In this document: piece by piece, positions 1-9,395 of the stretch
Numbering within the stretch: the stretch's first letter is position 1
Layout of the letters: the number at the start of each line of letters is the position of its first letter
Assembly (NCBI GenBank): GCA_016929645.1
Contig: JAFGIK010000036.1
Coordinates: forward strand, 1-56,146
DNA length: 56,146 nucleotides
Source of the DNA: Candidatus Dojkabacteria bacterium
GTDB lineage: Bacteria > Patescibacteriota > Dojkabacteria > SC72 > JAFGCJ01
Direction of reading: 5' to 3'
Notes under the pieces: model-generated
What the model was told of the DNA's origin: nothing
Databases searched by the model: none
The model's input: the letters and a program-made list of their open reading frames with translations, nothing else
Position numbers and translations under genes: made by a program

Positions 1-94
1 CATTGATAGGTTAGATCTCTCAATTCTCGCAACTGGTCCCATTTTTGTGAACCATGTAGGTGGGCATTATCTACCCGATGAGTAGACTTTTGCT

Positions 95-123
95 TTGACA
101 CAAAGCTTAATAGTTATTATAAT
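95..123 (+). promoter_or_regulatory. sigma70 promoter, perfect consensus
   Basis: TTGACA (95-100), 17-nt spacer, TATAAT (118-123), about 50 nt upstream of ATG 174. Confidence 0.8.
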
Positions 124-173
124 TGCTTGACATAACGCCCTTTCTTTTTTCTAATTTCATCAGAACTCGAAGA

Positions 174-2075
174 ATGAAAAATCCTGTAGAAAAAGCGGAT
201 TTCAACAAATATCGGCTATACAAAAAACGCAATCTCATACCTTTAGCCAAAAGAATTCCAGCACAAAATACCGAAAAACAAAATATCCAAGAGGAAGAAA
301 AAAAATACAGTGAGGTATACGATAAGATAAAAGACGATTATAAAAAATGGGAAAAGTTTCTAAAAAAACAATATGACCTGATGCAAATGTTTAACCGCGA
401 AATTGACCTTACCTCAAAACCAGATGATAAAGCAAGTGCAAGAAGCCAGTACAGAAAATCTGTTACAAATTTAGAACAAACAACAAAAAGGATAAATAAT
501 ATATCCAATATTTCAACAAGCCCTTACTTTGGAAAGATAAAATTCAAATTTTCAGAAAACACACCACTACACAACTACAAAAATAAAGAATTAGTATTTT
601 ACATAGGAAAACAAGGACTCCAATTACAAAAAACAAAAATAACAGATTGGAGAGCCCCAATTTCAACAATTTACTACAATTTTCCAAAACCCCAGAGCAA
701 TTGCTTTTACAAAACACAAGGAAATGTAGTCTCAGGAGATCTCAAGCAGAAACGAAAAATCGATATCGAACACTCCCAGCTGATCGAAGTTTTCGAAGGA
801 GAAGATCTGCCAAGCTTGGTTGGTTCAGATCCTTTTTTGCTGAAACAATTGACAAAAAGCGCAAGCACAAGACTAAAAGATATTATTTCAACAATACAAG
901 CAGAGCAAAACGAAATAATCTCTCACGAGATTGATAAGGATATAATAATCCAAGGTGTTGCAGGAAGTGGGAAAACAAGCATTGCAGTTCATAGATTATC
1001 TTGGCTTTTGTACAACTACAAAGAAATCGATCCCAAAAAATGCTTGATCATTGCCCCAAGCAAGCTATTCTTGAAATATATTGCAGAAATACTGCCAGAA
1101 ATTGGATCAGAAGACGTGCCACAAACAACATTCGAAGACTGGGCTTTGAGTAAACTCAAACCTTCATTAAAAGACGAACAGATAAATCTTGACAAAAAAG
1201 ATCCAGAAGCAAAGAGAAAATCTCAGATAAAGTATTTATCCGGTTTAGAAAAATTTGTAAGAAATTTAAAAAAAGATAATACAAAGGTATCAACAGGAAA
1301 TTTGGTAAAAATTTATAAAAAATACGCAAAGACCAAAGAACTTTCAAAATTTGATCTTTCTGCCCTAATCTACATGAAAGTCTTAAGTCTTGGAATTGCC
1401 CCAGCAGAAAAGATTGATTATCTTGTGGTTGATGAAGCTCAAGATCACTCTCCAGCTGAGGTTTTCATTCTAAAAAAGTTCACAGATATTGGAAGAAATC
1501 TATTTGTTGGAGACATTATGCAAGGAATAATAAATCATTATGGATTTGAGTCCTGGGAAGAACTGATAAAAGAGGTTTTTAATGAAAATGAAACAGATTT
1601 TTATAAAATAAAAGTCAGTTACCGTTCAACAAAGAACATAATTGAGTTTATTAATAAAATATTAATAAAAAAAGGAATATCCGCAAACAAACTACCCCGC
1701 CCGGTTCTAAGAACAGGAAAAGATCCATTAGTATTCGAGGAAGACACCGAGTCTGTCTTCAATAAGATTATCGAAATTTTGAAAAAACAAAAAGACGACA
1801 TTGGGGAAAATGTTGCAGTAATAGTACCCGAAAAATACGTAGAACTTTTTTATGATGAAATTTCACAGAAAATAAAAAAGTTAAGCCAGGTAAAAACATT
1901 TGACGATAATTATAATGGAGGCATTGTAGTCGGTCATGCCAAAGTTTTCAAAGGAATCGAATTCGATAGTGTCATATACGTCAACAGTAATATCAGCGAA
2001 GAAAAACTAGCCTTGAAAGAATTCTATGTAGCATGCACAAGAGCGATGCATAATCTATACTTAATCAATATCTAA
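174..2075 (+). CDS. helD: HelD-like SF1 (UvrD-family) helicase / RNA polymerase recycling ATPase
   Basis: PYFGKI, IGKQG, DWRAPIS N-terminal HelD motifs; Walker A GVAGSGKT; DEAQD; FKGIEFD; FYVACTRA. Start moved to ATG 174 because the TTG at 123 overlaps the -10 box. Confidence 0.75.
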   Translation: MKNPVEKADFNKYRLYKKRNLIPLAKRIPAQNTEKQNIQEEEKKYSEVYDKIKDDYKKWEKFLKKQYDLMQMFNREIDLTSKPDDKASARSQYRKSVTNLEQTTKRINNISNISTSPYFGKIKFKFSENTPLHNYKNKELVFYIGKQGLQLQKTKITDWRAPISTIYYNFPKPQSNCFYKTQGNVVSGDLKQKRKIDIEHSQLIEVFEGEDLPSLVGSDPFLLKQLTKSASTRLKDIISTIQAEQNEIISHEIDKDIIIQGVAGSGKTSIAVHRLSWLLYNYKEIDPKKCLIIAPSKLFLKYIAEILPEIGSEDVPQTTFEDWALSKLKPSLKDEQINLDKKDPEAKRKSQIKYLSGLEKFVRNLKKDNTKVSTGNLVKIYKKYAKTKELSKFDLSALIYMKVLSLGIAPAEKIDYLVVDEAQDHSPAEVFILKKFTDIGRNLFVGDIMQGIINHYGFESWEELIKEVFNENETDFYKIKVSYRSTKNIIEFINKILIKKGISANKLPRPVLRTGKDPLVFEEDTESVFNKIIEILKKQKDDIGENVAVIVPEKYVELFYDEISQKIKKLSQVKTFDDNYNGGIVVGHAKVFKGIEFDSVIYVNSNISEEKLALKEFYVACTRAMHNLYLINI

Positions 2076-2108
2076 ATTTGGTTTATCAAACGGTTCAAAT
2101 TTAAGAGG

Positions 2109-2137
2109 TTGACCCGAAAACCCAAAACAAATATAAT
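2109..2137 (+). promoter_or_regulatory. sigma70 promoter of the rpmG-secE-nusG operon
   Basis: TTGACC (2109-2114), 17 nt, TATAAT (2132-2137). Confidence 0.7.
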
Positions 2138-2181
2138 TCCAACAGATTTAATACAGTTTTTAACCTCATTTTTCCGAAATT

Positions 2182-2349
2182 ATGGCAAAAAAAGAAATAA
2201 AAACAGTAATCGCTCTGCAATGTTCAGAATGTAAAAGCAAAAACTACACAACGTACAAATCAAAGCAATTACAAGGAAAATTAAATACAAAGAAACATTG
2301 TAATGTCTGTGGAAAGCACACAGTTCATAACGAGACAAAGGCCAAATAA
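2182..2349 (+). CDS. rpmG: 50S ribosomal protein L33 (Zn-ribbon type), 55 aa, absent from the ORF track
   Basis: Manual translation MAKKEIKTVIALQCSECKSKNYTTYKSKQLQGKLNTKKHCNVCGKHTVHNETKAK; two CxxC pairs; canonical position before tRNA-Trp/secE. Confidence 0.95.
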   Translation: MAKKEIKTVIALQCSECKSKNYTTYKSKQLQGKLNTKKHCNVCGKHTVHNETKAK

Positions 2350-2380
2350 GTTAAGTTACAACACATTACAGGATAATCAA

Positions 2381-2455
2381 GGGCCTATAGTTTCAATGGT
2401 AAAACAACGGTCTCCAAAACCGTAATTCTCCGTTCAAATCGGAGTAGGCCTGCCA
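2381..2455 (+). tRNA. trnW: tRNA-Trp(CCA)
   Basis: Acceptor GGGCCTA/TAGGCCT, anticodon arm ACGGT-CTCCAAA-ACCGT, T arm CTCCG-TTCAAAT-CGGAG, encoded CCA end. Confidence 0.95.
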
Positions 2456-2560
2456 AACTAACGAAACTACCAATCTTGATTAATTCGCAAAATTAAAGAA
2501 AGTGCCATTAAAAAGCAATAAGTAAAGAATTTTAGTTAAAAATATGATATATTTAAGACA

Positions 2561-2749
2561 ATGCTAAATAATTTAGGACAAAATATAAAGAAATTAATAA
2601 AGGAGTACAAGGAAGTTAAGTGGCCTTCAGCAAAGACAACAATTAACCTTACACTTTATGTAATTATAGTTTCTGCTATAATCACGCTGATGATCTTAGG
2701 CGCAGATGCATTCTTCTACGAGCTACGATCAAGATTTATTATTAACTAA
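2561..2749 (+). CDS. secE: preprotein translocase subunit SecE
   Basis: EYKEVKWPS motif, single TM helix, synteny. Confidence 0.92.
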   Translation: MLNNLGQNIKKLIKEYKEVKWPSAKTTINLTLYVIIVSAIITLMILGADAFFYELRSRFIIN

Positions 2750-2764
2750 TACAGATTAAATACA

Positions 2765-3424
2765 ATGAGTCCCAAAAAGAAGCTGAAAGAAGAAAGCAAA
2801 GATTCTAGAGTAAAAATTACACAAAAAGCTGACAAAGAAAAAGTTAAAGCTGCAAAAAAACAGGCAGAAAAGAAAGCTAACCAGAAACCTCCAAAAAACG
2901 ACAAGACAAAATGGTATGTAATCAGTACTCAATCAGGACATGAGAAGCGAGTTGAAGAAGCAATAAAGCAACGAATCGAGGCAATGCAATTACAAGATAT
3001 TATCAGTGAAGTTTTCGTCCCGATCCAGAAGAAAATAGTTATCAAAGACGGCAAACAGAAAGTTAAGGAGGAACGAATTTTCCCAGGATATGTCTTAGTC
3101 AAAATGATGCTTGATAAAGATACTTGGGAAATTATAAGTAATACTGAAGGAGTCTCAGGATTTGTTAGATCATCAAAATACCCAAGACCATTACCAGACG
3201 ACGAAGTTCAGGCAATATTGAAATTTATGGAAATTGAACAGCCAGCATTCCAGGCAAGCTTTAGTATTGGGGATGCAGTTAAGATCAAAGATGGTGCTTT
3301 TGTTGATTTTGTCGGAAGCGTAAAAGAGATCGATCAGGCGAAAGGTAAGGTTAAGGTTCTTATTTCAATATTTGGAAGAGAAACACCAGTCGAGCTTGAA
3401 CTAAGCCAAGTAGTCAAACTCTAG
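2765..3424 (+). CDS. nusG: transcription factor NusG with Lys-rich N-terminal extension
   Basis: WYVI..SGHE, IFPGYVLV, KOW domain, IFGRETPVEL. Confidence 0.97.
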   Translation: MSPKKKLKEESKDSRVKITQKADKEKVKAAKKQAEKKANQKPPKNDKTKWYVISTQSGHEKRVEEAIKQRIEAMQLQDIISEVFVPIQKKIVIKDGKQKVKEERIFPGYVLVKMMLDKDTWEIISNTEGVSGFVRSSKYPRPLPDDEVQAILKFMEIEQPAFQASFSIGDAVKIKDGAFVDFVGSVKEIDQAKGKVKVLISIFGRETPVELELSQVVKL

Positions 3425-3461
3425 AAAATTGAAAATTATATTAAATTATTGTTAAGAAAAA

Positions 3462-3881
3462 ATGGCAAAAGAAGTAAAAATCAAATTAAAACTACAGATA
3501 GCAGCAGGACAAGCAACTCCTGCTCCACCTATTGGACCAGTATTAGCTCCTCATGGAATTGATTTGAAGGCATTTTGTGATCAATTTAATGAAAAGACAA
3601 AAGAAGCTCAGGGTATAATTACACCCGTTGTTTTGACAGTATACGAAGATCGATCTTTTGATTTTGTGACCAAAACTCCACCTGTTGGTGAGTTAATTCG
3701 AAGAGAGCTCAAACTAAAGAAAGGTTCTGATAGACCAAATCTTAACAAGGTTGGAAAATTGACTGAGGAACAGATTTCAAAAATTGCAGAAGTCAAAATG
3801 CCAGATCTTAATACAACCGATTTAGAAAAAGCAAAGGAGATCATAAAAGGAACAGCTAGACAGATGGGTATAGAATACTAA
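3462..3881 (+). CDS. rplK: 50S ribosomal protein L11
   Basis: AGQATPAPPIGPVL, KMPDLN, GTARQMGI. Confidence 0.98.
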   Translation: MAKEVKIKLKLQIAAGQATPAPPIGPVLAPHGIDLKAFCDQFNEKTKEAQGIITPVVLTVYEDRSFDFVTKTPPVGELIRRELKLKKGSDRPNLNKVGKLTEEQISKIAEVKMPDLNTTDLEKAKEIIKGTARQMGIEY

Positions 3882-3996
3882 AACTTAACATTCGTTTATT
3901 TTAAAATTTATTTTGAAATTCGAAAATAACCCAACAGTTTAGAGTAAAATATGTTGGAAGATTATTAAATTACAATTAATTTATATTACTTGATAA

Positions 3997-4689
3997 ATGA
4001 AACACAGAGGAAAAAAATACAAAAAGATAACAGAAAATGTTACAAAATCAGAGTTATCTGTAATTGAAGCAATAAAAAACGTCAAAAAACAAGCATACAC
4101 ATCATTTGCGTCAAGCATTGATTTACATGTATCACTGAATCTACCAAAAGACAAAGATTCAAAATCCATTAAGGCTTCAGTTTCACTACCAAACCCTGTA
4201 AGCCAGGAAGACTCAAAAATTATTGTATTTTGTGAAAAAGATGATATTAAATCAGCAAAAGATGCAGGTGCAATTGATGCTGGACTTGAAGATTTAGTTA
4301 AAAAAGTTCAAGAAGGATGGACCGACTTTGATATAGTTCTAGCTACTTCAGAGGTCATGCCTAAAATTGCAATATTAGGTAAAGCTCTTGGACCAAAAGG
4401 ATTAATGCCAAATCCAAAAACAGGTACACTTGTCACAGATATTAAAAAAGGCGTTGAAGAATTTAAAAAAGGTAAAACAAAGTTTTCTTGTGATGAGGGA
4501 GGTGTTGTTCATTTTAAGGTTGGAACTACAGAAATGGAAGACGATAAAGTAAAAAATAATATTGACTCAGCTATCAAGGCAATAAGAGAAGCCGTAGGTA
4601 AAAACTCACCTACCCTACTAAAAACAATCGTTATTGCTCCGACAATGGGACCAAGTGTAAAAATCAAGAATTCAGAATACCAGGAGTAA
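3997..4689 (+). CDS. rplA: 50S ribosomal protein L1
   Basis: LGPKGLMPNPKTGT, PTMGPS. Confidence 0.98.
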   Translation: MKHRGKKYKKITENVTKSELSVIEAIKNVKKQAYTSFASSIDLHVSLNLPKDKDSKSIKASVSLPNPVSQEDSKIIVFCEKDDIKSAKDAGAIDAGLEDLVKKVQEGWTDFDIVLATSEVMPKIAILGKALGPKGLMPNPKTGTLVTDIKKGVEEFKKGKTKFSCDEGGVVHFKVGTTEMEDDKVKNNIDSAIKAIREAVGKNSPTLLKTIVIAPTMGPSVKIKNSEYQE

Positions 4690-4776
4690 TTTGATCAATA
4701 ACGACTTCTAAAGCAGGGAATAAAAGATTAATTACCAAAAGGTAACAGGGAAATAAAGTATTCACGATAAGATAAT

Positions 4777-4805
4777 TTGACAAAATATCTTATCTAAACT
4801 ATCAT
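4777..4805 (+). promoter_or_regulatory. sigma70 promoter of rplJ-rplL
   Basis: TTGACA (4777-4782), 17 nt, TATCAT (4800-4805). Confidence 0.7.
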
Positions 4806-4816
4806 TCAGACCAATA

Positions 4817-4847
4817 GCCAAAGACTGCAGCCTTAAACTGCATAGGC
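4817..4847 (+). promoter_or_regulatory. minimal L10 leader (autoregulatory RNA)
   Basis: GCC-AAAGAC-TGCAG-CCTTAAA-CTGCA-TA-GGC: nested stems with the AAGAC internal loop and TTAA loop typical of L10 leaders, right after the promoter and upstream of rplJ. Confidence 0.6.
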
Positions 4848-4898
4848 AAGTAATGATTTTCAAATAAAAATAATAATAAATTCAATAATAAGACCAAC

Positions 4899-5423
4899 AT
4901 GGCAAAAACCAAACAAGAGAAAGAAGTATTGTTGGAACAATATAAGGAGCTAATTGCTAATAAACCAAATTATATTTTGGTCAACACAGAAAAAGCTTCA
5001 GCAAACCAACTCACAGAATTAAAAAAGTTATTGAAAAATATAGATTCTGTTTTAGTAGTTGTAAAAAATACATTGTTCAAAATAGCAGCACAGGAAAAAA
5101 ATCAACCTGATCAGATGCAGGAGCTAGAAAATGCTACAGCTGTAATATTCTCAGGAGAGGATATAGCTGCAACAGCAAAAGCTTTAAAAGAAATGCAAAA
5201 AAATGATGAGATCTTAGAAACAAGATTTGGAGTACTTTTCGGAGAATATGCAGATCAAGGCAAAGTGAAGCAGATTGCCGATCTTCCATCAAGAGAAGTC
5301 TTACTTTCGAAGCTTATTGGTTCCATGCAAGCTCCTATCTCTGGATTTATGAATGCAATTACAGGTAATGCAAAAGGGTTTGTTCGTGTTTTATCAGAAA
5401 TTAAAAATACAAAAAGTAATTAA
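4899..5423 (+). CDS. rplJ: 50S ribosomal protein L10
   Basis: VVKNTLFKIA, LPSREVLLSKL, synteny. Confidence 0.96.
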   Translation: MAKTKQEKEVLLEQYKELIANKPNYILVNTEKASANQLTELKKLLKNIDSVLVVVKNTLFKIAAQEKNQPDQMQELENATAVIFSGEDIAATAKALKEMQKNDEILETRFGVLFGEYADQGKVKQIADLPSREVLLSKLIGSMQAPISGFMNAITGNAKGFVRVLSEIKNTKSN

Positions 5424-5448
5424 TATAAATTTATAATTAATAAAAATT

Positions 5449-5895
5449 ATGGCAGAAGAAAAAGTTACAAAAGAAGTAGAAGCCCCAAAAGAAGAGGCCA
5501 AAGAGGTTGATACTTCAAAGCTTTCGAAGGAAGCACAACAGGTTTTAGAACTCGTTGAAAAAATGACAGTTCTAGAGCTAGCTGATCTTGTCAAAGTAAT
5601 GGAAGACAAGTTCGGTGTCAGTGCAGCAGCTCCAGTAGCAGTTGCAGCAGTTGGTGCAGCAGCAGGAGAGCCAGCAGAGGAAAAAAGCTCCTTCACTGTA
5701 GTCCTTAAATCAGCAGGTGATCAAAAGATCAACGTAATTCGTGTTGTCAAAGACGTTACAGGACTAGGATTGAAAGAGGCAAAAGATCTCGTAGAGGCCG
5801 CTCCTCAAAATATCAAGGAAAATGTAAAAAAAGAGGATGCCGAAGAGCTTAAAACAAAGCTTGAAGAAGCCGGTGCCGTTGTTGAACTAGCGTAA
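5449..5895 (+). CDS. rplL: 50S ribosomal protein L7/L12
   Basis: [10 protein letters not shown] hinge, [18 protein letters not shown]. Confidence 0.98.
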   Translation: MAEEKVTKEVEAPKEEAKEVDTSKLSKEAQQVLELVEKMTVLELADLVKVMEDKFGVSAAAPVAVAAVGAAAGEPAEEKSSFTVVLKSAGDQKINVIRVVKDVTGLGLKEAKDLVEAAPQNIKENVKKEDAEELKTKLEEAGAVVELA

Positions 5896-5914
5896 TCATG
5901 ATCTAGACTAAATT

Positions 5915-5973
5915 TGGGGCCGGAGGGAGATTTTTTGATACTCAAAAAATCTCCCTCCGGCCCCATCGTTTTT
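5915..5973 (+). terminator. intrinsic terminator / 24-bp perfect hairpin after rplL
   Basis: TGGGGCCGGAGGGAGATTTTTTGA-TAC-TCAAAAAATCTCCCTCCGGCCCCA followed by TCGTTTTT. Confidence 0.75.
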
Positions 5974-6148
5974 ACACCTTAAAAATTGCACAAATCCCCT
6001 ACTATCTCGATATCTGTCAGAAAAACCTACTATAACAACCAAATATCAACACTCCGCATCTAGTAAAGTAACATAAAATATAGTAAAATTAGGTGATTTT
6101 TTTCAATACTGACAAAAACAGCACAACTAAAATTAGACCCAAAAACCT

Positions 6149-6820
6149 ATGCCTCAATTAACTCAATGGTTCTTAGATAGAGGTATATCAGAAGACATTC
6201 TCCTTATCATAAGCTTCATACCAATACTTGTAACAATGACATCAATCTCAAGGTATATTTTCGGTATAAAAACATTTGGTATATATTCTCCAATGGTACT
6301 AGCATTTTCCTTTTATTTTATGGGAGCAAGACAAGCCTTTATTTTTACATTTATTGTAATACTTGGAGCATGGTTAATTAGAGATCTTATTCGGAGGATG
6401 CAATTCCACTACATTTCCCGTATTGCAATTATTTACTGCGGTGTAAGCATTTTCATGCTCATTTCTATTACATTATCAACATTTATTTCAAGTAAAGACC
6501 CGTTTTTTAATTTTGGTCAACTTTCAATAATTCCAGCAATAATGATCATTTCAATTACAGATAGATTTGTTTCAAATTTTATTAAAAAAGGGCCAGATGC
6601 GGCGGTAAGATTAACATTAGAAACTCTTATAATTGCAATTCTTGGATGGGCATTAATGAGATTTGAACCGACCCGATATTTTGTTTTAAACAATCTATGG
6701 CTAATACCTGTAATGATTTTTGTAAATTATCTAACAGGCAACTATACAGGGATGCGTTGGACAGAATTTATTCGTTTTAATCAGGTAATAAAAAATGCTT
6801 CCGATAGTTCAAATGATTAA
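6149..6820 (+). CDS. 7TM integral membrane protein of the 'inactive transglutaminase 7TM' family (7TM domain only)
   Basis: About 7 hydrophobic helices; GIKTFGIYSP and GNYTGMRWTEFIRF motifs; overlaps the downstream glutamate-ligase-like gene as in known operons. Confidence 0.8.
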   Translation: MPQLTQWFLDRGISEDILLIISFIPILVTMTSISRYIFGIKTFGIYSPMVLAFSFYFMGARQAFIFTFIVILGAWLIRDLIRRMQFHYISRIAIIYCGVSIFMLISITLSTFISSKDPFFNFGQLSIIPAIMIISITDRFVSNFIKKGPDAAVRLTLETLIIAILGWALMRFEPTRYFVLNNLWLIPVMIFVNYLTGNYTGMRWTEFIRFNQVIKNASDSSND

Positions 6821-8330
6821 AAATAGCAGACAGACACTTGGACTTAACCATAGAAATGCGGTTTACATTAGGCCGTACAACAAGTCAAAATTCAAGAGAA
6901 TCGCAGATGATAAACTCTTGTGCAAAAAGATTCTTTCACGGAATAATATTCCGACATCTCAGATCTACAAAGTCATCCGAAACCATGACCAGCTAGACTC
7001 TATCAAATGGGAAGAACTGCCTAAAAGTTTTGCATTAAAACCTAATATCGGTACAGGTGGTAGTGGGATCATCGTTGTCTATGGTCGAGTCAAAAACAGT
7101 CTTGAATGGATAAGAACTGATGGATCAACATTAAATGTAAATGCTCTTAAAAATCATATAAGTAAAATTCTTGACGGACAATTTTCTATGGGAAACCGAA
7201 AAGATACAGCATTTATAGAAGAACGGGTCATCAATGATCCATTATTGAAGAAGTATTCATATAAAGGTGTTCCAGATATTAGAGTAATTGTCTTTAACAG
7301 GGTTCCCATTATGGCTGAGTTAAGACTGCCGACAGCAGAATCAAGAGGTGCTGCAAACCTTCACGCAGGTGGTATTGGTGTTGGTATCGATATTGCAACA
7401 GGTATAACTACAGTCGCAATCCACCGAATAAGTAATCTCTTAACTTGTTTCCCTGGAATGTCCGACATGTATGAGATTATTGAAAACACTCTTGACGAAA
7501 ATCAACTTCCGATTAGCGGTATTCAGATTCCTCATTGGAGAGAAATTCTAGAGATAGCAATCAAATGCCAAGATGTTTCAGGACTAAAATTCCTTGGTGC
7601 AGATATAGCATTAGATCGAGATAAAGGACCACTAGTCTTTGAGCTCAATGCACGATCAGGAATAGCAATTCAAACAGCAAATCTATCTGGGATGCGAGAC
7701 CGACTAGAAAGAATTAACGGGCTAAAGATAAAGGATGCCGAGCATGGAATACGAATCGCTAAAAACTTATTCGGAGGAGAAGTTGAGGATGAAATTAAAT
7801 CAATTTCAGGAAGGAATATTCTTGGGCTTATAGAGAAAGCAATATTCCAACCAGTACCTCCAACAGAAGTTCCTGTAGAAGAGGTGAAAAAACACAAAAA
7901 AAGAAACAGAAAGAAAAGGAGTGGTTTTACAACAATAAAAACAAAAGTTAGAATTAATACAGGTATAAGAACATCTAAAATTTCTCCGATCCTTGCTACT
8001 CGCCTGGGATTTAGGCCAGCTTTAGATTTTTTTAAAAATGAAGAAATACCGGATTCTTTTCAATCAAGAGATGACGCTCGGAAATATCTTGAATCTGTAA
8101 AAGAAAAATTAATAGGTCATACAAATATTGTTGATGTTGTAATAACTGTTGAGGATGACAAAATTTCAATACGACCTGTGATCGAAATAGAAATAGAGCT
8201 TGATGAGGAGAATATAAAAACCCAAATGATAATAAGTAACAGGAAGGATATGCCATACAGTGCAGAAATTGGTAGAAATGATCTCAAAAATTTTCTCATC
8301 GATACAAGTAAGACGTTCTCTTTACACTAA
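6795..8330 (+). CDS. alpha-L-glutamate ligase-like ATP-grasp protein fused to a C-terminal retropepsin (RimB-like) domain
   Basis: LGLNHRN, ADDKLLCK, KPNIGTGGSGI, GVPDIRVIV, ANLHAGGIGVGIDIATG, ELNARSG; C-terminal INTG...RPVI...IGRNDLKNFLID; alternative start 6813. Confidence 0.8.
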   Translation: MLPIVQMIKNSRQTLGLNHRNAVYIRPYNKSKFKRIADDKLLCKKILSRNNIPTSQIYKVIRNHDQLDSIKWEELPKSFALKPNIGTGGSGIIVVYGRVKNSLEWIRTDGSTLNVNALKNHISKILDGQFSMGNRKDTAFIEERVINDPLLKKYSYKGVPDIRVIVFNRVPIMAELRLPTAESRGAANLHAGGIGVGIDIATGITTVAIHRISNLLTCFPGMSDMYEIIENTLDENQLPISGIQIPHWREILEIAIKCQDVSGLKFLGADIALDRDKGPLVFELNARSGIAIQTANLSGMRDRLERINGLKIKDAEHGIRIAKNLFGGEVEDEIKSISGRNILGLIEKAIFQPVPPTEVPVEEVKKHKKRNRKKRSGFTTIKTKVRINTGIRTSKISPILATRLGFRPALDFFKNEEIPDSFQSRDDARKYLESVKEKLIGHTNIVDVVITVEDDKISIRPVIEIEIELDEENIKTQMIISNRKDMPYSAEIGRNDLKNFLIDTSKTFSLH

Positions 8331-8382
8331 TCAACATATTGATATTTAACCCGACAATATTTAGTTAACATATCTTACAAAA

Positions 8383-9378
8383 ATGCATAAATATACTCTC
8401 GAGGAATTTAGACAACAGGTCTGTAACTCACAAATGTCACTTTACATGAAAGCTGCACAAGATCTTGGTATTAAGAGCAAGATCTTAATAAAAGGTATTT
8501 TGGTAGAATTTGAAAAAGATAACAAAAAATGGAGAATTCATAAATCATTACTACCTATAAATGACTCTGTATCAATGATGCTATCAAGCTACAAATCTAC
8601 TTGTAACCAGTTTTTAGGGAAAAATAGTATCCCTGTTCCAATTCAGATAAGCACTGACAAATCTGAAGACATTCATAAATTTGTCGAACAAAATCATCTC
8701 GCTAAAATTGTCATAAAACCAATACGTGGATTTGGAGGATCCGGAATTACAATGCTTCCTCAAAAAAATCAGATAGATGGAGCATTCAACCTTGCTTATG
8801 AAAAAGCCCTGACAAATTTACGAAAAAGAGTGATTGCTGAAGAATTCATTTCTGGAGAAAATTACAGAATACTTGTATTAGGAGGCAAAGTAATTGCAGC
8901 CATACATAGAATTCCAGCGTTTGTTGTCGGTAATGGTAAATCAACGATTGAAGAACTAATAAAACAAAAAAACATTGAAAAAAGTAAGAATGATGCAATT
9001 GAAATTCCTGTTGATAACGAAACCCTACTCGCTCTCAAAGATCAAGATTTATCAATTGAGTCGGTTCCACAAAAACAAGAACGAATCAAACTTAGATTTA
9101 ATGCTAATTTTTGCACAGGAGGATCGACTAGAGAATGTCTAGCCGAAGTTCATGAAGAATACAAGAAAATTGCAATTGCAGCAACGAAACTTTTAGGTCT
9201 TAAGTTCTCAGGTATTGATTTGATAACCCCTGATATCTCAAATACCAATGTAAAATATGCAATTAATGAAGTTAATCATGACCCAGGGCTTCGAATACAT
9301 TATAATGTAGATGAAGGGGAAAAAACTGATATCGCAGTAATAGTTCAGAAATATATTCTTGAAAATTATAATAATTAA
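8383..9378 (+). CDS. stand-alone ATP-grasp ligase of cyanophycin synthetase G-domain / GshF type
   Basis: IKPIRGFGGSGI, EEFISGENYRILV, PAFVVGNGKSTIEELI, ANFCTGG, GIDLI, NEVNHDPGL. Confidence 0.75.
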   Translation: MHKYTLEEFRQQVCNSQMSLYMKAAQDLGIKSKILIKGILVEFEKDNKKWRIHKSLLPINDSVSMMLSSYKSTCNQFLGKNSIPVPIQISTDKSEDIHKFVEQNHLAKIVIKPIRGFGGSGITMLPQKNQIDGAFNLAYEKALTNLRKRVIAEEFISGENYRILVLGGKVIAAIHRIPAFVVGNGKSTIEELIKQKNIEKSKNDAIEIPVDNETLLALKDQDLSIESVPQKQERIKLRFNANFCTGGSTRECLAEVHEEYKKIAIAATKLLGLKFSGIDLITPDISNTNVKYAINEVNHDPGLRIHYNVDEGEKTDIAVIVQKYILENYNN

Positions 9379-9395
9379 ATTCTAATAATCCAAAG

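Noticed and set aside
1-43. Possible minus-strand gene start (MGPVARIERSNLSM...) running off the left edge
   Set aside because: Too short to support
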